Shown here one piece after another: positions 58,608 through 64,000 of a DNA stretch of 64,000 bases. How positions within the stretch are numbered: position 1 is the stretch's first letter; each line of letters starts with the position of its first letter. A model generated the notes under the pieces. That model made no database searches and was not told where the DNA came from. It was given only the letters and a program-made list of their open reading frames with translations. The DNA comes from Pseudogymnoascus verrucosus (lineage: Eukaryota), in NCBI GenBank assembly GCA_001662655.1, contig KV460244.1; one strand, 5' to 3'. The position numbers and the translations under genes are program-made.

Positions 58608-61600
58608 ATGGACTGCATAGATGCAGCGAACGCATGGTCCGAGGCTGCAAGGAGACCGACGTTTTTAAGAAGGAACTTGGATAAATCCACTCGTGACATG
58701 GGATCACTTGTTTCACGTCAGGACTCGCCCCAGAACCCCAAACGGCAGGCGAGTCAGGAGAACCCAAGAGCGTCGAAGCGGCAGCGAATAGGAATTGATG
58801 GCTTGGACTTGACCAAGATGCTGGAGGAGAGCAAGCTTTCTCGGAAGGATCGCTCTGCTCCCGAAAGTCTTGAAGAGCCACACTCACTCGCCATTACTTT
58901 CAGCGGCATCTCGGACAAGTATGGAGACAAGCATGAATCTCTTATTCCTCGTCGTTTAGATGGTGTCCCGGTAAAGACCCGCTGTTCTGTGCAGATATGC
59001 TATCCCACGAGCGAGTGCCAGAATGGGACTTTGACAGATATCCACGAAGAACTTCTCCGCATCTCTCAAGAAGGCGAGATACGCACGGCCTGGAACCCAG
59101 CAACAGGACACCCAGAAACTGAGATTAACTTACCTCGATCGTTCGTTGTCCCTATTAGGGAGCTCTATGTACCCAAACCCCCCACTGAAAAGCCGAAGGG
59201 GCCCTCAGTCGAGTCGCCGAGCGAGATATCAGATTCGGAAGATGATTCTGATGAGCTTGTCGACCAAGGAGAATATGGCCTGGCGGAGAAGTACTTTTGT
59301 CATGTCAGTTTTTCAACTGTTCGCACAGCACCATGGCCTCCACTGGGACTTGACAGCGAGATTTCTCGAGTTAGCCCTATTGGCAAGCAGCTGAGGCATG
59401 GTCTTTCTAACAAAAGAGATCTCAAAATGGTCACAAAGACGGAGTTGCTACCTTTGGAGCCCCTATCTATGAAACTGCCTCTGGAAATCAAACTCGGACC
59501 TGATCGTCAAACGACACAATACCAGCTCGCGCTTGATGCCAAATGGGAGACGCCAGAGGTTACTCAACCAGAGAACAAGGAACTGCAAGCGGCCTCGAAG
59601 CCAAATTTTGTGTGGAAAATTGAACCTGGTGACGAACCGCCTTTTTATGTGCCCTCGGAGACGAACATGGACGACTATACTTGTGGTATTTGCCTCGCCA
59701 GACTTATTTCAGTCAAAGCTCTCCAGCTCCATCTCCGTGCAAGTCACACCCAATTTAAATTCACACTCACTAAATCAACATGTGACAAGCAAGACTTTGT
59801 CATCACAGTTTCATCAACAATATTGCCGGAGATCGACACTGAGGTCCGCAGTAATTCACCGGTCAGCGTTGGTTCACCAGTTAGTAACGCTACATCAGTT
59901 GACACAGATGCGCAAGTCAACGAGGCACCAACAACATTACCTCAGGTCAATACTCGTATTCACAGCAATTCACCAGTCGGTGTCGGTTCATCGATCAATA
60001 ATGCTCCATCAGTTGACCCAGATGCACAAGTCAACAAAGCACCAGAAGTGGCAATCATGAGGAGTATCTTTGACTTTGAAGACGACCTTTCATCCCCAGA
60101 AAGCATCGAAACAAATCCCCTCCCGACACCAGAGCCGTCTTGCGTGCAAAATCCATCCAAGCCAGAGCAACTACCTGCACGAGACCCATCTACATCAGCT
60201 TCCGTCTCCGAGCCTCAGTCGAAGACAAGTTCACCGAATACAACGCCAGATGCCGTATCTGATTTTGATGAGTCCATTGAGCCTCGAAAACGGACTCGAG
60301 CTCCGAACTCCCGCCGTGTCATTGTTGACGATGATGACGAGGATGGAATGCCCAAGCTTGTTGTCCCAAAAACTGCGAAGCCACTATATGATATCGCAAC
60401 GAAAAGGGTGCTGAAACCTGGAGAACCACTGCCACCCTCGACAGTCTCTCAGGACTGGCGGATCAGAAAACAAGCGGAATTGATTAACAATATCAGTGAC
60501 ATGACCCCTGCAGAGAAGGAGTTCATAAATCGCTGGGACCCTTTCATATTTGGCCAGAAATTAACGTCAAAGATATTCATGCCTACGATTCTCAAGGAGT
60601 TTATCAATGTTAACCGTGAGTGGCTCGACGAGGAACAATGTCGCAAGAAAGAACTACTGAAACATCTTGCTACGCTCAAAATGAGTGGCAGGATCCAAGA
60701 GGAATGTCTATGGGAATGCCTAGAGATGTTTCAGACCGAGTGCATCTCTCCTCGAAAAGCAAGGCAGGCTAGCAAATTATCTGCAATAGCGCGAGAAGAG
60801 CGGACATTGATAGATCTTTGGGATAAGTACGTGAGAGATAGCAAACAAAAATCTCTTGAAAAGTTCGTCAGTGTCTCTGAAACTTTACGAAGCGGCCGCA
60901 GTGCGCACGTATCGGACGGCGAATCCGTCGCTATGCTTCGACTTTTTCTTGGCTACTACGGCCGTACTTCGAGACGAGATATACCAGCCCTAGACAGCGT
61001 TTTCTATAACTCAAATCTCCCACTTCCGACTACTGAGGCCGAGTCCGAATATGTCCGATTTTTCAGCGGCTTTGAAAAGGACTTCAAGGCTTCAGATGAG
61101 ACAAAATCCCTGGAGGAACTAATGTTATCCTTCTTGGGAGATAATACCGCGTGGTTCTTTGAGGAATTTCAGCGCTTCCAGTGGGCCAAGAAACACCTCC
61201 AGGAGCTACAATGGACTAAGAAGATCACCCTGAAGATTCGCGAAAACCTTCTCACCTACCTGGAGACCATGGAGAGCGCCTACATTTCAGATGAGGACAT
61301 GCCAGATGCGGATGTTTCTGATAGCCTGTCGTCAAAAACCCAAACGGATCCTCATAATAATGGGAAGGGAAAAGAAGCCACCGCACCAGGAAGAACCGCA
61401 TCCGCACCATTCGTGATCACTCCCGACCCCCTCAACTCGCCCCGACCACGCAATGTTCGAGCTTTTGGCGAGTGTGAGTGTGGCGGCTACGCAAGGCCCG
61501 GTGAATCGGTGATGTGCTCCGCTGAAGTAAGTACCCAATTTTTTGCTGCCTCCAATTGTTGCCGCCTTACTTCTCATTTGTCCACTACTGACATACCGCC

Positions 61601-61746
61601 AGCACTGTATTGCAAGAGCCTTCCACCGCCGCTGTGTCCCGAACCCGCCACCACGGGGTAAAGTGTGGTACTGCCGTGATTGTGCTGCCGCGGGGTTGGG
61701 ACAGAACGTCGAAACTCAGCTGGATCGAATGGATCTTTCTGCTTGA
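58608..61746 (+). CDS. SUZ12: Polycomb PRC2 subunit SUZ12-like (C2H2 finger, VEFS box, C-terminal PHD-like finger)
   Basis: N-terminal PTFLRRNL, CGIC...LQLHLRASHTQFKF zinc finger and VEFS-like DW...INNISDMTPAEKEFINRWDPFI. Intron 61527-61602 completes CEC...C...C....H..C...WYCRDC. Confidence 0.82.
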
Positions 61747-62356
61747 TTGCAATGACGACGGGTTCGCTTTTTGCTTTTGTATCTTCCATTGGGGGAGCGT
61801 GGCGCTACTCGCATCCGGAAGAGATTTTATGTATTATAGGCGTTTGAGGGGAAGTGATTTTATGATACCAAGGTAGATAGCTATACGAGTCATGAGAAGG
61901 TAATAGGCTGTATTTTTGTTGCTTTCATCTATATGGCTGGGATAGGAAATGACATGGTGTGGTTATTTGCTCACGTAATATTGTCTGCCTAAACGTAATT
62001 GGGAATTGATACCTATATTTGAGGCTAATGGAATCTCTCTCTTTGCTTCATTTTGTTGGTGTCTATCTCGTTGAAAAACTGTAATAGTTTCAGGTTATTA
62101 AGAGTCTGCGTTTTATTTGCTGTTCCTATAAATAACTTATACAGCAATAATGTTCGTAGATTGTTCCAGTCCTCCCAGTAGCTGTCATACACAGTCTCTT
62201 CATTAGCTCTTCATTAGACTTCAAGTGGCACAATGGCCTCAAAGTCCGGATCGCTACCACCCGCAATGCAGCGGCAGCAGAATCAGCACAACTAATGCAC
62301 CAAGCCGAGGCATAACGAAGCACTTCCATAAGTCCTCAATCCCTACCCTTCCCCAT

Positions 62357-64000
62357 CTACTCAATAATCCACTCCTCAACCTCAATCCCCACACTCCTCC
62401 CCACCCCCCTCACAACCTCCCACCCAACATTAACCTTCCACTTACACCCCCCCTCCAACGGATCCGCAACCCTACTCGTCTTCCCCAGCAACCTCAAACT
62501 CGCCAGTCCCGCAACAGCAGCCAAAACATCCGCACCCCCCGCCTCCGCCCTCCCCGCCCCATTCGCCTCCTCCCTCAGCGCCCAGAAAATCGCAAGACAC
62601 CGTTCCATAACGAACGCCTGCGGCCCGAGCAGCTTGCGGTTTAGCTTCCGCCGCGCCGCGGTCCCGGGACGCGGTTTTGTGGCGTTACCGCCGAGGTTCT
62701 TGCGCCGCTTCTTGGTGGGGCCGGAGGACTTGGCGAAGAGGAGGGTGTCGAGGCGCGCGGGGGTGTAGGAGGCGAGGTAGGCGGCTATTAGGAGGATGCG
62801 GGAGGTATATGGGAGGGGGGGTGTGGTGAGGGCGTGTTTGGGTGCGAGGGATGCGGCGGTTGGTTTGCTTATTGTGGGAGTGGGGAGTTGGGGTTGTGAG
62901 GGGGTGGTAGATGGTGGGAGGGCGAGGGATGTGTTGACAATGGAGGGGATGAGGACGGATTCGTCGCGGAAGAGGGGGCGTTGGGATGTGAGAAGGCGCT
63001 GGAACTCTCGCGGGCCGTAGACACCAGCTCGTATTGGAGCGGTGAAGCGCGGCCAGAGGGTGAGCGCAATGCGACGGAAGGAGAGGATGTCGCGTCCAGC
63101 GTACTTGGCGAAGGTATCCCAGACTGCAGAAAGGAAGCGGGAGTAGAGATCTGCTGTCTCTTTGGCCGTAGGACGAGGAATTGCGTTGTCCTCTCCGCCC
63201 TCGATGGCCACATTATCGTCACCGTCGGATGCGGACGTCGCTTCTAAAGGCGAGGAAGGATATATCGACGGCACAGACCGCGAAACGATAGCCACAGCCT
63301 CCGCCTTCGTATAGCTCGGGAAATGCACATGCGGCGCCCCCGGATTATGCAAAAAATGCGGTCTCGGCGACGTAACCACAAAAACCGTCGTCAGATTCGG
63401 AATCTTCTTCACATTAGCTCACAACACCCCCTCAACTCCCCCCGGAAAAGGAAAACTCACAACCTCCCCCAACCTCGCCAGCGCAGGCACCAACGTCGGC
63501 GGCGCATCCCTCTGCTTATCCACCCCATCAAACACCAGCACGAACCGCCCCTCACGACCCTCTAGCATCTTCCCAAGCAACACAGCCAACTGCGCGAGGT
63601 TCTCGCATCGCCCCGCGCCTTCCTCCCAATCCACCGCCGCAGCAACAGCACACACCGTCCGCTCCAGTAAATGTCGTCCAGTGATACACTCCTTACTCCT
63701 CACGATCGCGTACCTCAGCGCGCCCTCCTCCCCCGCCGCATCACCCGTCGACAATGCATCCAGTACACCTGAGATAACGGCACTCTTCCCTGTCGCAGCG
63801 AGGCCGTAGACGACTATATTCCGAGGGGACGCACAGAGTGGCTACATTCATTGATCAGCTCTCGTGCCCGCAGTTATACAACACGAGAAGGAGAGAGGGG
63901 GGGACTCACACCAACCAGCGCCCCCAGCGCAGCGACTTGCTTCGACCTCTCCGGCATCTCCTTCGCTAACCTCCCCAGCGCCTCGCGCGGTAGCGCAAAG
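62357..64000 (-). CDS. ORC5: Origin recognition complex subunit 5, start just beyond the window
   Basis: Walker A IVVYGLAATGKS, FVLVFDGVDKQRD, HFPSYTK and ORC5 C-terminal LLIAAYLASY...F.MER.LAIF. Confidence 0.9.

Noticed and set aside
11060..64000. Apparent clustering of chromatin and transcription genes (SET, HSF1, H2A.Z, SNT1, SUZ12, ORC5)
   Set aside because: They are interspersed with unrelated housekeeping genes; no evidence beyond ordinary gene order, and enrichment cannot be tested here.

Overview
This is eukaryotic DNA from a filamentous ascomycete, shown by short GT-AG introns with CTRAC/CTAAT branch points, Zn2Cys6 factors and fungal H2A.Z; a Leotiomycete-like origin is only an impression. 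A backbone of conserved genes (PIN4-like RRM/R3H protein, HSF1, amidase, H2A.Z, CWC27, DYS1, SNT1, ARC18, TRM6/GCD10, SUZ12, ORC5) is interrupted by accessory segments. Main points: (1) a previously hidden, intact three-exon, strongly diverged TFIIA-gamma (Toa2) homologue with a rewritten TBP-contact strand and a KQD-repeat tail; (2) a SUZ12 with an apparently duplicated VEFS module and a spliced-on C-terminal PHD finger; (3) a four-gene glycan-utilisation cluster (secreted GH93, Zn2Cys6 TF, intracellular GH3, MFS sugar porter) whose two divergent promoters share a SGG-N5-CGG motif, amplified into a 14-bp tandem array in one of them; (4) several multi-exon genes invisible in the ORF track (small secreted Cys-rich protein, cupin, 4-TM protein); (5) pseudogenes (SDR, GH43, phosphotransferase), two MITE-like elements and a 64-bp minisatellite. 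No tRNA, rRNA or CRISPR array was recognised. All exon models and family calls are by eye and need RNA-seq and HMM confirmation.
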